DNA from: Nautiliaceae bacterium
GTDB taxonomy: Bacteria; Campylobacterota; Campylobacteria; Campylobacterales; Nautiliaceae
DNA length: 64,000 nt
Assembly: GCA_039831155.1 (NCBI GenBank)
Contig: JBDONT010000041.1
Span: 1-64,000 of the forward strand
Reading direction: 5' to 3'
A model generated the notes under the pieces. That model searched no databases. It had not been told where the DNA came from and saw only the letters and a list, made by a program, of their open reading frames with translations. Positions 37,977 to 47,738 of the stretch are shown here, piece by piece. Both the position numbers and the translations under genes were made by a program. Within the stretch, counting starts at the first letter, position 1. Each line of letters begins with the position of its first letter.

Positions 37977-38701
37977 TACCTATAGTTTCGTTAAAAGGTG
38001 GAGTTGGAAAGTCAACGGTTTCTATAAATTTATCCGATATGTTGGCTTTGGAAGAAAAAACTATCTTAATAGATACGGATCAACAAAACAGTATAGCTTC
38101 GTTGTTTTGTAAAAGATATAAAGCCGGATTTTCCGAGTTGATTTTTGAAGAAGCTAAGCTAGACGATGTGATTATGGAAATAGAAGAAAATAAAAATTTA
38201 CATATTATTCCTACTGGAAGGTACGTAATAGAACATCCTATTATTTATGAAGAAGAATTTCATTCCGAAAAATTGAAAAAAATTATTGTAGAACTTGAAA
38301 AAAGATATAAATATTTGATATTCGATACTTCACCTAGGATATCTAAGCCTGTTATTTCTTTATTAGGTGTTGCTGATTTTTTTATTATCGTGATTACACC
38401 TGATCCGGCAAGTGTCGCTTCTTTAAAAATCTTTTTGGAAACTTTAGAGGAAAAGAATATAACGGCTGACTATTCCATAATAGTAAACGGTATGCAACCG
38501 GATCAAATTTCGGAAGACTTTTTTGCTTTTATTCAAGCTATTTCTCATAATAATATTTTAGGTACCCTTCCTAGAGACGGGACGGTTTTGGAGGCTGCGG
38601 GAGAATGTACGACCGTTAGATTGTATGATGATACTAGTGCTTTTGCTAAAAATATAGAAAAAGTGGTTGTAAATTTGAAAAAAAGGTTACAAAATTTGTA
38701 A
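37970..38701 (+). CDS. bcsQ: ParA/MinD-like ATPase, probable BcsQ
   Basis: Deviant Walker A VSLKGGVGKST, IDTD.QN, PDPAS (BcsQ-like); last gene of the bcs cluster. Confidence 0.75.
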   Translation: MVIPIVSLKGGVGKSTVSINLSDMLALEEKTILIDTDQQNSIASLFCKRYKAGFSELIFEEAKLDDVIMEIEENKNLHIIPTGRYVIEHPIIYEEEFHSEKLKKIIVELEKRYKYLIFDTSPRISKPVISLLGVADFFIIVITPDPASVASLKIFLETLEEKNITADYSIIVNGMQPDQISEDFFAFIQAISHNNILGTLPRDGTVLEAAGECTTVRLYDDTSAFAKNIEKVVVNLKKRLQNL

Positions 38702-39008
38702 AAAAGCGGCGATTTTAATAAAGGACGGTTTTTTAAGCGGATATCCGTCCGATTTATTAATAGGAGAAAAAGTTTATAAAGATTATGATTTAAAATTTAT
38801 ATGTGAAATAAAAAAAGTTAATATTGTCATAGGTACTTATATGCCAAGTGGGCTTATTAAGAAATTGAGGGATAAGGGTGTTATGTTTTTGAAAATAAAC
38901 TCTTTAAACGAACTTGATGGATTTGATTATGATATAATCGTTCCGAAAGAGTTTAATATAAAAAGAGGGTGGGGATGTGCCAAGGGATTTAAATTTAAAG
39001 GAGAATAA
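38694..39008 (+). CDS. Uncalled ~104-codon ORF with no canonical start (ATT start, pseudogene or frameshift extension)
   Basis: Stop-free frame 38679-39008 (ICKKAAILIKDGFLSGYPSDLLIG...VNIVIGTYMPSGLIKKLRDKGV...RGWGCAKGFKFKGE*); its TAA overlaps the next ATG. Confidence 0.45.
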   Translation: MCKKAAILIKDGFLSGYPSDLLIGEKVYKDYDLKFICEIKKVNIVIGTYMPSGLIKKLRDKGVMFLKINSLNELDGFDYDIIVPKEFNIKRGWGCAKGFKFKGE

Positions 39009-39196
39009 TGGAAAAGTTAAATCAAGCGGTAGAAAAAATTAAAAATAGTGATTTAAATGATTTTGAAAAAGAGAATGTTATTAATCATTTAGTTGAATGG
39101 TATAACGAAAAGAAAAGTTTAGCTTATATTGAAGAAAAGCTGGAAGAAGTTTGGGAAAAAATTCTTCCTATCTTAAATGAAGCAGGATTAATCTAA
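39008..39196 (+). CDS. Small hypothetical helical protein
   Basis: 62 aa, SD AAGGAG, amphipathic helices. Confidence 0.6.
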   Translation: MEKLNQAVEKIKNSDLNDFEKENVINHLVEWYNEKKSLAYIEEKLEEVWEKILPILNEAGLI

Positions 39197-40611
39197 CGAA
39201 TAATCACTGCTTTTATTTCCGTCATATCTTCAATTGCAAATTTTGGACCTTCTCTTCCGATTCCACTTAATTTAACTCCACCGTAAGGCTGAATATCAAA
39301 TCTTAATGTCGGAATGTCGTTTATAACAACTCCTCCGGCTTCAAAATCATCAATAGCCCTTTGCATTAAATCGATTCTGTTACTAAACATTGAATATTGA
39401 AGTCCGTATGGGGAATTGTTCATTTTTTCTACGGCTTCATCGTAATTTTTTACTTTTACTAAACTAACAATCGGGGCAAAAACCTCTTCGCATACGATTT
39501 TCATATCATCTGTAACATCTGCTAGAATGGTTGGTTCTAGGATGTTTCCTTTTCTTTTTCCACCGGCTATGATTCTGGCACCTTCTTTTACTGCACTTTG
39601 AATCCAGTTTTCCGCTCTTATTGCCGCTTCTTCATTAATTAAAGGTCCCATAAACGTATCTTCGTCAAACGGATTTCCAACTTTTAGTTTGCTTGCCTCT
39701 TTTCCTAATTTTTCTGCAAATTCATAATAAATTTTTTCATCTACATAAATTCTTTGAAGAGAGATACAAACTTGCCCACTGTTTGCAAACGCTCCAATTG
39801 CACATCTTGTGGCTGCGTGGTCTAAGTCTGCCGTGCTTTCTACGAACGTTGCCGCGTTTCCACCTAGTTCTAGGGTTACTTTTTTAATTCCGGCACTTTG
39901 AAGGATAATTTTTCCAACCGGTACGCTTCCGGTAAATGATATTTTTCTAGGAATCGGGCTTGTAACAAGAGTACTTCCGACATCTGCATCTCCATATACT
40001 ACGCTTAGTGCATCCGGAATTGCATATTCGCTGTCTATAAAGAGTTTAGCAAAAGCATAAGCCGTATAAGGAGCTTCGGGGGTTGGTTTAAGTACAACGC
40101 TGTTACCTGCAATTAGTGCCGGGGCTAGTTTATGAGCTACCAGATTTAAAGGAAAGTTAAAAGGCGTAATAGCCACTACTACACCAACCGGTACTCTTTT
40201 ATAAAATGAAGTTGTTTTAAATCCGCTAGGCGTTGCGTCCGTAGGAATTGTCTCTCCTATGATTCTATATCCTTCAGCCGCACATATTTTTAGGTTTTCT
40301 ATACATCTTTGAACTTCAATTTTTGCTTGTGAGATTGGTTTTGCCACTTCAAGCGTTATATATTTTGCAAACTCCTCTTTTTTTTCTTCAAGTTTTTTGG
40401 CAACATCCTCAATCCACGCAATTCTTTGTGAAAGATTTGATTTTTTTGTATTTTCAAAAGCTTTTTTTGCTACTTCAAGGGCTTTTTTAGCATCTTCAAC
40501 GGAGCATTTTACGTATTTTGTGGTTACTTTTTTTGTATAAGGGTTTATAATCTCTTCAACTTCTCCGTCAAACTCTTTTGAGCCTATGAGTTTTTTTGCT
40601 ATCAATTCCAT
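39193..40611 (-). CDS. Aldehyde dehydrogenase family protein (lactaldehyde dehydrogenase/GapN-like)
   Basis: ITPFNFP, FTGS, LELGGN, GQVCIS, EEVFAP, PYGGVKLSGIGREG. Confidence 0.93.
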   Translation of the reverse strand: MELIAKKLIGSKEFDGEVEEIINPYTKKVTTKYVKCSVEDAKKALEVAKKAFENTKKSNLSQRIAWIEDVAKKLEEKKEEFAKYITLEVAKPISQAKIEVQRCIENLKICAAEGYRIIGETIPTDATPSGFKTTSFYKRVPVGVVVAITPFNFPLNLVAHKLAPALIAGNSVVLKPTPEAPYTAYAFAKLFIDSEYAIPDALSVVYGDADVGSTLVTSPIPRKISFTGSVPVGKIILQSAGIKKVTLELGGNAATFVESTADLDHAATRCAIGAFANSGQVCISLQRIYVDEKIYYEFAEKLGKEASKLKVGNPFDEDTFMGPLINEEAAIRAENWIQSAVKEGARIIAGGKRKGNILEPTILADVTDDMKIVCEEVFAPIVSLVKVKNYDEAVEKMNNSPYGLQYSMFSNRIDLMQRAIDDFEAGGVVINDIPTLRFDIQPYGGVKLSGIGREGPKFAIEDMTEIKAVIIR

Positions 40612-40686
40612 CTTCTCTCCTTTATTGGTATTGTAGTAATAATATCAAATTTTTGATAAAATTATCCCAAAAAAGGATTATAAATT

Positions 40687-41601
40687 ATGAATGAGGCAAA
40701 ATTTATCTGGATGGACGGGGAATTTATTCCTTGGAGTGAAGCTAAAGTTCACGTTTTAACCCATACTCTTCATTACGGAAACGGTGTTTTTGAGGGTACA
40801 AGAGCTTATCAAACGGAAGAGGGACTTGCGATTTTTAGACTTCAAGACCATATAAAAAGACTTTTAAATTCTGCAAAAATCGTAAAAATAGATGTTCCTT
40901 TTTCTCAAGAAGAACTTGAAGAATCTCAACTTGAACTGCTAAGACGCAATGAATTTAAAGGAAACGTTTACATAAGACCTCTTATATTTTTAGGGTATGG
41001 AAAAATGGGGCTTTATCATATAGGAGCACCTGTTCATGTAAGTATTGCCGCTTGGGAGTGGGGTGCTTATCTTGGAGAAGAGGGGCTTGAAAAAGGTATT
41101 AGAGTAAAAGTGTCTTCAATTGTTAGAAATCCGGTAAAATCGACATTTGGTAAAGCAAAAGCTGTTGCTAATTATCTAAATTCGCAAATGGCAAAATTTG
41201 AAGCAGTAGAAGCCGGATATGAAGAGGCTTTAATGCTTGATGATGAAGGGTTTATAGCAGAAGGTAGTGGGGAGTGTTTTTTTATTGTAAGAGACGGGGT
41301 TTTAATTACTCCTCCAAATGACAATTCTCTTGAATCGATTACTCAAGCGACCGTTCTTGAACTTGCAAGAGATAGAGGAATTCCTGTTGAGAGAAGAAGA
41401 ATTACAAGAGATGAGGTTTATATTGCGGATGAGGCGTTCTTTACCGGTACGGCTGCAGAAGTTACTCCGATTAGAGAGGTTGACGGAAGAATTATCGGAA
41501 GCGGTAAAAGAGGAGAAATTACAAAAGAACTTCAAGACGCTTATTTTGACGTAGTATATGGAAGAGACAAAAACTATAAACACTATTTAACTTATATCTA
41601 A
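40687..41601 (+). CDS. ilvE: Branched-chain amino acid aminotransferase
   Basis: LHYGNGVFEG, YIRP, AKAVANYLNS, EGSGE, GTAAEVTP. Confidence 0.96.
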   Translation: MNEAKFIWMDGEFIPWSEAKVHVLTHTLHYGNGVFEGTRAYQTEEGLAIFRLQDHIKRLLNSAKIVKIDVPFSQEELEESQLELLRRNEFKGNVYIRPLIFLGYGKMGLYHIGAPVHVSIAAWEWGAYLGEEGLEKGIRVKVSSIVRNPVKSTFGKAKAVANYLNSQMAKFEAVEAGYEEALMLDDEGFIAEGSGECFFIVRDGVLITPPNDNSLESITQATVLELARDRGIPVERRRITRDEVYIADEAFFTGTAAEVTPIREVDGRIIGSGKRGEITKELQDAYFDVVYGRDKNYKHYLTYI

Positions 41602-41662
41602 TAAAAAAAGGATAAAATCTTTTAAGAGATTTTTTCTCTTAATTTATATTGAAAGGAAATGA

Positions 41663-42730
41663 ATGCCGGCAGACTTAAACGGTTGGATGAATAACAACAA
41701 TAAAAACAGTTCAAACTCTAATAATGAGCATCCTAAATTCGAACCTCCTAAATTTATTCAAGGTGGAAGTGGATTTGGAATAGTTATAGTTGCTTTTTTA
41801 GTAATATTCGGTTTAATGTTTAAACCGTGGGTTATTGTAAATGAAGGAGAGGTTGGGATTTTATCTACAACCGGTAAATTTTCTCCGGAACCTTTAAATC
41901 CGGGTCTTCATTTTTACGTACCTATCGTTCAGAAGGTTATTTTAGTGGATACCAAGGTTCATATGATTAGTTATAAAAGAAATCAAGAGTTAGGTACTAT
42001 GCCGGATAGATACGGGACTATAAAAGTGTATCCGGCTATTAACGTACTTGATGCAAGAGGTCTTCCTATTACGGTAGAGTTGTCAGTCAGTTACAGACTA
42101 AATCCTAGAGAAGCCGCTTATGTGGTAAAGACTTACGGGCTTAACTGGGAAGATAAAATTATAAATCCTATCGTAAGGGATGTCGTAAGAAACGTAATAG
42201 GTAAATACCCGGCTGAAGAGTTGCCTACTAAAAGAAACGAAATTGCAGCCAGAATTGAAAATCAAATAAGAGAACAGTTATTAAAAATTGACCATAAACC
42301 GGTGATTTTCGAAAGTTTTCAGTTAAGAGATATTATTTTGCCTGAAAATATCAAAAGACAAATCGAAAGAGTTCAAATCGCAAAACAAGAATCTGAAAGA
42401 GCCAAATATGAAGTTTTAAGGGCAAAACAGGAGGCTGAAAGAAAAGCGGCTATAGCAAAAGGTATAGCAGACGCTAAAAAAATTGAAGCTCAAGGTAAAG
42501 CGGAAGCTATGCTTATAGAGTCAAAAGCCCAGGCTAAAGCAAATAAAATTATAAGCGAATCTTTAACTAACAATTTATTAAAACTAAAAGCACTTGAAGT
42601 GCAAAATAAATTTAATGAAGCTTTAAAAGTAAATAGAGATGCTAAAATTTTCTTAACGCCAGGTGGTGCTGTGCCTAATATTTGGATGAATATTGACGAT
42701 AAGAAAAAAGCAATATCTACGGCTAAATAA
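41663..42730 (+). CDS. SPFH/prohibitin family membrane protein
   Basis: N-terminal TM, PGLHF..P..Q, SPFH domain, coiled coil with AEA-type repeats. Confidence 0.9.
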   Translation: MPADLNGWMNNNNKNSSNSNNEHPKFEPPKFIQGGSGFGIVIVAFLVIFGLMFKPWVIVNEGEVGILSTTGKFSPEPLNPGLHFYVPIVQKVILVDTKVHMISYKRNQELGTMPDRYGTIKVYPAINVLDARGLPITVELSVSYRLNPREAAYVVKTYGLNWEDKIINPIVRDVVRNVIGKYPAEELPTKRNEIAARIENQIREQLLKIDHKPVIFESFQLRDIILPENIKRQIERVQIAKQESERAKYEVLRAKQEAERKAAIAKGIADAKKIEAQGKAEAMLIESKAQAKANKIISESLTNNLLKLKALEVQNKFNEALKVNRDAKIFLTPGGAVPNIWMNIDDKKKAISTAK

Positions 42731-42738
42731 GGACTAAA

Positions 42739-43398
42739 ATGGTAGATTTTAAAAAAAACGGAGGCCTTGTTCCCGTTATCGTTCAGGATGTGGATACAAA
42801 TGAAGTTTTAATGCTGGCTTATATGAATGAAGAAGCGTTAGAACTTACAAAAAAAACCGGTTTTGCCCACTATTTTTCAAGAAGCAGAAACAAACTGTGG
42901 AAAAAGGGAGAAAGCAGTGGGCATACTCAAGAGGTAAAAGATATTTTAATAGACTGCGATAACGATACTATTTTATTAAAAGTTAAACAAAACGGAGTCG
43001 CTTGTCATACGGGTAGAAAGTCTTGTTTTTTTACCAGACTTGAAAATAATGAAGTTATACTCGACAAAGAAAAAGAAATAGAGTATAATTTCATTGATAA
43101 GCTGTATCATACACTGCTTGATAGAAAAAATGCCGACCCACAAACTTCATATGTTTCTTCTTTATACCACAAAGGTGAAAATTCACTTCTTAAAAAGGTA
43201 GCGGAAGAAGCTGCTGAATTTTGTTTTGCAGTAAAAGATGATAATAAAAAAGAGATTATTTATGAAGCGGCAGACCTTGCTTTTCATACTTTAATCGCTC
43301 TTGCTTTAAAAAATATTCACCCGGAAGCCATTTTAGAAGAGCTTAAAAGAAGAGAGGGTGTAAGTGGAATAGAAGAGAAAAGGAATCGTAAAAAATGA
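42739..43398 (+). CDS. hisIE: Phosphoribosyl-AMP cyclohydrolase / phosphoribosyl-ATP pyrophosphatase
   Basis: SRSR..LW.KGESSGH, DCDND, CHTG..SCF; KKVAEE, YEAADL. Confidence 0.96.
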   Translation: MVDFKKNGGLVPVIVQDVDTNEVLMLAYMNEEALELTKKTGFAHYFSRSRNKLWKKGESSGHTQEVKDILIDCDNDTILLKVKQNGVACHTGRKSCFFTRLENNEVILDKEKEIEYNFIDKLYHTLLDRKNADPQTSYVSSLYHKGENSLLKKVAEEAAEFCFAVKDDNKKEIIYEAADLAFHTLIALALKNIHPEAILEELKRREGVSGIEEKRNRKK

Positions 43399-43946
43399 TT
43401 CCTTATTTTACTATTCTGCACTGGCTTGATATTGTATTTTTTTTAGTTTTATTTATATTTTTAGTTATTATCTCCGTTAAAGCTGCAAATAACAACACAA
43501 AACTGCTTGTTAGTATGATATTCGCTTCTTTTTTGGTTACGGCATTCGGAGCGGTTTTGGGGTTGATTGTTTTAGAAAAGTATACGAAAAAAGCAAAACT
43601 TTTGGATATAAAACAAAGAAGGGTTTTGCTTAATGAAACTTTAGTTTTAAAAGGTAGAGTTAAAAATATAGGTAAGTTTAAAATTAATTACTGTAAGCTG
43701 GAAATTAAGCTGGTTAATAACGGCTGGGGTGGAGGTTTTACGAAGGGGACTTTTTTTAAACCTGGTGGATTAAATATCTTCGGAAGTAAAGATAAAGCCC
43801 AGGCAAGACCAAACACCATAAAAGCTACGAGGGTTATTATTAAAGACGGATTATTGCCGGGAGAAATTAAAAACTTCTCTGCGACAATTCCATATCCTCC
43901 GTATTTTAAAAACACTTACTTAAACTATAAACTCTACTGTCATTGA
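43395..43946 (+). CDS. DUF2393-like membrane protein
   Basis: Two N-terminal TM helices, G.V.N.GK....C, C-terminal Cys; follows hisIE. Confidence 0.6.
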   Translation: MIPYFTILHWLDIVFFLVLFIFLVIISVKAANNNTKLLVSMIFASFLVTAFGAVLGLIVLEKYTKKAKLLDIKQRRVLLNETLVLKGRVKNIGKFKINYCKLEIKLVNNGWGGGFTKGTFFKPGGLNIFGSKDKAQARPNTIKATRVIIKDGLLPGEIKNFSATIPYPPYFKNTYLNYKLYCH

Positions 43947-43975
43947 GTTGTAAAATTATAAAAATAAGGGAAAAA

Positions 43976-45376
43976 ATGACATTTAAAGATTTTAATTTAA
44001 AAGAAGAATTATTAAGAAGATTAGAAGAGATTGGATTTGAAAAACCGAGTCCAATTCAAGAAAAAGCCATTCCTATGGTATTAGAGGGTAAAGATATAGT
44101 AGCTCAAGCTCAAACCGGTACCGGTAAAACCGCCGCTTTTGGACTTCCTATTCTTAATATGCTAAAAAAAGCTCAAAAGGCTTTAATTATTACACCTACC
44201 CGTGAGCTTGCTATTCAAGTTAGCGAAGAGATATTTAGATTCGGAAAATATTTGGGAATTCACACTGCAACCGTTTATGGAGGAAGCAGTTATTCAAGAC
44301 AAATTAACCATATTAAAAACTCTGAAGTAATAGTTGCGACTCCGGGAAGACTTATTGACCTTTTAAGCAGTGGTAAAATTGATATTTCTCCGGAATATGT
44401 AGTGTTGGATGAGGCGGATGAAATGCTTGATATGGGGTTTTTGGATGATATTAAAGAGATTTTTAAATATGTACCAAATGACAGACAAACACTTCTATTT
44501 AGTGCGACTATGCCAAAACCAATCTTAGCTCTTGCAAAAAGCATTTTAAAAGAGCCGGAATTTATAAAAATTACAAAAAAAGAAGTCACAAACGAAAATA
44601 TTAAAGAGTTTTTTTACGTAATTGACGAACACGAAAGAAACGACGCTTTAATAAGATTAATCGATTATAAACAGCCGAATAAAGCAATTGTATTTTGTAG
44701 AACAAAAAAAGATGTTGATTTGGTAGCCGAATTTTTAAGCGGAGTGGGATTTGATGCAAAAGGTCTTCACGGCGATATGGACCAGAGAAAAAGAGAAGAG
44801 GTGATAAAAGGCTTTAAAGGTAATAAAATAGAAATACTTGTAGCAACCGATGTAGCTGCAAGAGGGCTTGATGTAAATGATGTAACTCACGTATTTAATT
44901 ATCATCTACCACTTGACCCGGAAAGTTATGTTCATAGAATAGGAAGAACCGGAAGAGCCGGAAAAGAAGGTATGGCAGTTTCTCTTGTAACTCCTCACGA
45001 ATTTAGAGCACTTAGTAAAATTCAAAAAATTTCTAAAATAGAATTAAAAGAAGTTCCGACATTAGAAGACGTTAAAAACACTGAAATTCAAAAAATACTT
45101 GAAAAAATCAGCTCAATTGAGCCGAACGACAAATCAATAGAAATCGTGGAAGTTTTACAAAACGATTTTGATTTGTTTACAATCGCAATTAAATTTGCGA
45201 GTATGTTATTCGAAAAAGAATCTGACGGAAAAGAAAAAATCGGTAAAAGTCTAAAAGAAGCCAAAAGGCTGCTTGAGAGAAGCCAAAATTCTAAAAGTGG
45301 AAACGACAGAGACAGAAGAAGAGGTAGAAGAGGAAACTTTAGAAGCGGCAGAAACTCTAGAGGTAGAAGAAGATAG
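43976..45376 (+). CDS. DEAD-box RNA helicase
   Basis: Q motif, AQTGTGKT, PTRELA, DEAD, SAT, HRIGRTGR, Arg/Gly-rich tail; ATG 43976. Confidence 0.96.
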   Translation: MTFKDFNLKEELLRRLEEIGFEKPSPIQEKAIPMVLEGKDIVAQAQTGTGKTAAFGLPILNMLKKAQKALIITPTRELAIQVSEEIFRFGKYLGIHTATVYGGSSYSRQINHIKNSEVIVATPGRLIDLLSSGKIDISPEYVVLDEADEMLDMGFLDDIKEIFKYVPNDRQTLLFSATMPKPILALAKSILKEPEFIKITKKEVTNENIKEFFYVIDEHERNDALIRLIDYKQPNKAIVFCRTKKDVDLVAEFLSGVGFDAKGLHGDMDQRKREEVIKGFKGNKIEILVATDVAARGLDVNDVTHVFNYHLPLDPESYVHRIGRTGRAGKEGMAVSLVTPHEFRALSKIQKISKIELKEVPTLEDVKNTEIQKILEKISSIEPNDKSIEIVEVLQNDFDLFTIAIKFASMLFEKESDGKEKIGKSLKEAKRLLERSQNSKSGNDRDRRRGRRGNFRSGRNSRGRRR

Positions 45377-45380
45377 TCTT

Positions 45381-45773
45381 CTACTTTTTTAATACGTGTT
45401 TATCTAAAACCACACATCCAAAAAGCCCTTCGAATACTTTAATATCATTTAATTTTCCTACAACTTTAATTTCGTGTTTTCTTTTGTCTTTTAATATCGT
45501 TTCACTTTCAAATTCAACTATGTCTCCAACCTTAACCGGTGCCATAAATTCACACTGACTTCTAACAAGCACTACAAACGGTTCGTTTACCGTAGCCATT
45601 GCACAAAAATCTGCAGCTCCGAACGTAAATCCTCCGTGAATAAGTCCCTCTTCATCAACTGCCATATCTTCTGTGGCTTCTAGCCTTACTTTTGCACTAC
45701 CTTCTTTTATTTCTATGAGTTGACCGAATTTTTTATTAAATTTTAAGTGAGTGTTTAATTGAGGTGCTTCCAT
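45381..45773 (-). CDS. PaaI/hot-dog fold thioesterase
   Basis: GLIHGGFTFGAAD, F.APVK.GD. Confidence 0.85.
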   Translation of the reverse strand: MEAPQLNTHLKFNKKFGQLIEIKEGSAKVRLEATEDMAVDEEGLIHGGFTFGAADFCAMATVNEPFVVLVRSQCEFMAPVKVGDIVEFESETILKDKRKHEIKVVGKLNDIKVFEGLFGCVVLDKHVLKK

Positions 45774-46391
45774 CTATTCTCCTATCAGTTTTTTTATTAT
45801 TTTATCTAAATCGGTTTGAATAAATAAAGGGGAAAATTGTTTCATATAAGGATGAGAGGTTGTAAAATAGCTTTTATCAAAAAGATTTATCGCAAATTCA
45901 TAAGGGATATTGTTTTGGTCTAAATAGAATTTATTTAATAAAAAGTCGTTTATCATTCCTAGTTTACTGCCTATTATAAGCAGAAGTTTGGCGTTAAAAA
46001 ATTTTACAAAATCTACCATTTTAAACTCGTCTTTTACCGGTACTAAAATTCCTCCGGCTCCTTCAATAAGCAGTATATCGCATAGAGGTTTTATTTTGTT
46101 ATAGGCTTTTTTTATTTTTTCAAAGTCTACTTCTCCACTCACATAAGGGGCTGCCGGGAGTTTGTGTAGGATTGGGACTATATCGTTTAAAGAGATAGAA
46201 TTAAAATCCGGATTTAAGGACTTAACGGTATTTAGGAGTTTTAGACCGTCTTGGGGATGGTTTTCAACTCCGGTTTCAATAGGTTTAAAGGCTCCTACTT
46301 TATATCCTTTTTTTGCCAGTGCTTTTAATAATAAAACGGTTGAATGGGTTTTTCCTTGATTTGTGTTGTTTGCAGATATAAAAATATTCAT
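45774..46391 (-). CDS. bioD: Dethiobiotin synthase
   Basis: NTNQGKT, FKPIETG, PAAP, IEGAGG, LG.IN. Confidence 0.93.
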   Translation of the reverse strand: MNIFISANNTNQGKTHSTVLLLKALAKKGYKVGAFKPIETGVENHPQDGLKLLNTVKSLNPDFNSISLNDIVPILHKLPAAPYVSGEVDFEKIKKAYNKIKPLCDILLIEGAGGILVPVKDEFKMVDFVKFFNAKLLLIIGSKLGMINDFLLNKFYLDQNNIPYEFAINLFDKSYFTTSHPYMKQFSPLFIQTDLDKIIKKLIGE

Positions 46392-46406
46392 CTCTCTCCT
46401 TTAAAG

Positions 46407-46425
46407 TGATATAATAATTATAGCA
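46407..46425. promoter_or_regulatory. Overlapping divergent extended -10 promoters (APC permease / bioD)
   Basis: TGATATAAT on + (46407-15) and TGCTATAAT on - (46417-25), 1 bp apart. Confidence 0.55.
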
Positions 46426-46436
46426 AAGGAGATTTT

Positions 46437-47738
46437 ATGGCTAGAAAAATCGGATTTTTAGAAGCGTTTAGTATAGGTGTTGGAGGAATGGTTGGTGGAG
46501 GTATTTTTGCAGTTTTGGGGTTCACGATAGATTTGGCAAAGGGTGCGGCTCCCGTTGCTTTTTTAATTGCCGGTATTATTGCTCTTATTACTTCTTACTC
46601 TTACGCAAAATTATCGGTTACTTATTTAAGTGAAGGTGGGAGTATTGAGTATATAGTCCAGGCGTTTGGGAATAATCTTTTCTCTTCTATTGTTAATAAT
46701 TTGCTGTTAATTAGTTATGTAATAATGCTTAGTTTGTATGCTTATGCGTTCGGGAGTTATGCAAGTGCTCTTTTTTTCTCTCAAAAGGTGGAGTGGTTTC
46801 ATAAACTATGTGCTAGTGGGGTTATTGTTTTATTTGTGATGATAAACTTAATGGGTGCTTTTTTAACCGGAAAAGCTGAAGATTTGATGGTTTTTATAAA
46901 GGTTGCTATTTTATTGATATTTGTGGGAGTTGGGATTTTCAGTGCCGATTTTTCAAGGCTTTCTCTTGCTTATTGGGAGAGTGGTATTAAGATAATGACG
47001 GGAGGATTTATTATATTTTTGGCGTATGAGGGATTTGAGCTTATAGCAAATACGGCAAAAGATGTAAAAGAGCTTCAAAAAACTCTGCCGAGGGCTTTTT
47101 ATGCTTCAGTGTTGTTTGTTATATTTTTGTATGTAAGTATTGCTATTGTAACGGTTGGCAATGTTAGTTTTGAAGAAGCTAAAAAAGCTCAAGATTACGT
47201 TCTTGCAATAGCAACCGAGCCGTTTTTCGGTAAAGCCGGTTTTATCGTAATTTCGGTAGCGGCTCTTCTTTCTACTGCAAGTGCGATTAACGCTACTTTA
47301 TACGGAGGAGGAAGAGTCGGGTATTTGATTGCTAAATTGGGCGAGATTCCAAGTGAATTTGCAAAGAGAGTGAAAGAGGGGTATGAGGGAATGATTATTT
47401 TAGGTTTGCTTGCTATTATTTTCGCTACCAGTTTTGATATTCAAAATATTTCTGTTGCCGGAAGTTTAGGGTTTTTGATAATATTCGGATTAGTGAATCT
47501 TGCTAATTATAAATTAAAAGATAAAACAAAGGCAAACCCTTTTATAGCTTTTTTAGGTTTTATACTCTGTTTTACAGCGGCTTTTATTTTGGTGTTTTAT
47601 AATTTAAAACATTTTCCAGAAGCTTTAAAAAGTAGTTTGCTTGTTGTAGTGATAGTTGTGATTTTTAGTTTTGTTTATAATAAACTGGGTAAAAAAATGC
47701 ACTCTATTTTGGATGAAGATTTAAGAAAAGGTAGCTGA
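46437..47738 (+). CDS. APC family amino acid permease
   Basis: GGMVGGGIF, about 12 TM segments, FLAYEGFE, ASAINA. Confidence 0.9.
   Translation: MARKIGFLEAFSIGVGGMVGGGIFAVLGFTIDLAKGAAPVAFLIAGIIALITSYSYAKLSVTYLSEGGSIEYIVQAFGNNLFSSIVNNLLLISYVIMLSLYAYAFGSYASALFFSQKVEWFHKLCASGVIVLFVMINLMGAFLTGKAEDLMVFIKVAILLIFVGVGIFSADFSRLSLAYWESGIKIMTGGFIIFLAYEGFELIANTAKDVKELQKTLPRAFYASVLFVIFLYVSIAIVTVGNVSFEEAKKAQDYVLAIATEPFFGKAGFIVISVAALLSTASAINATLYGGGRVGYLIAKLGEIPSEFAKRVKEGYEGMIILGLLAIIFATSFDIQNISVAGSLGFLIIFGLVNLANYKLKDKTKANPFIAFLGFILCFTAAFILVFYNLKHFPEALKSSLLVVVIVVIFSFVYNKLGKKMHSILDEDLRKGS

Noticed and set aside
37970-38701. Chromosome/plasmid partition ParA or division MinD
   Set aside because: No parB or minE is adjacent; it overlaps bcsC and fits BcsQ better.
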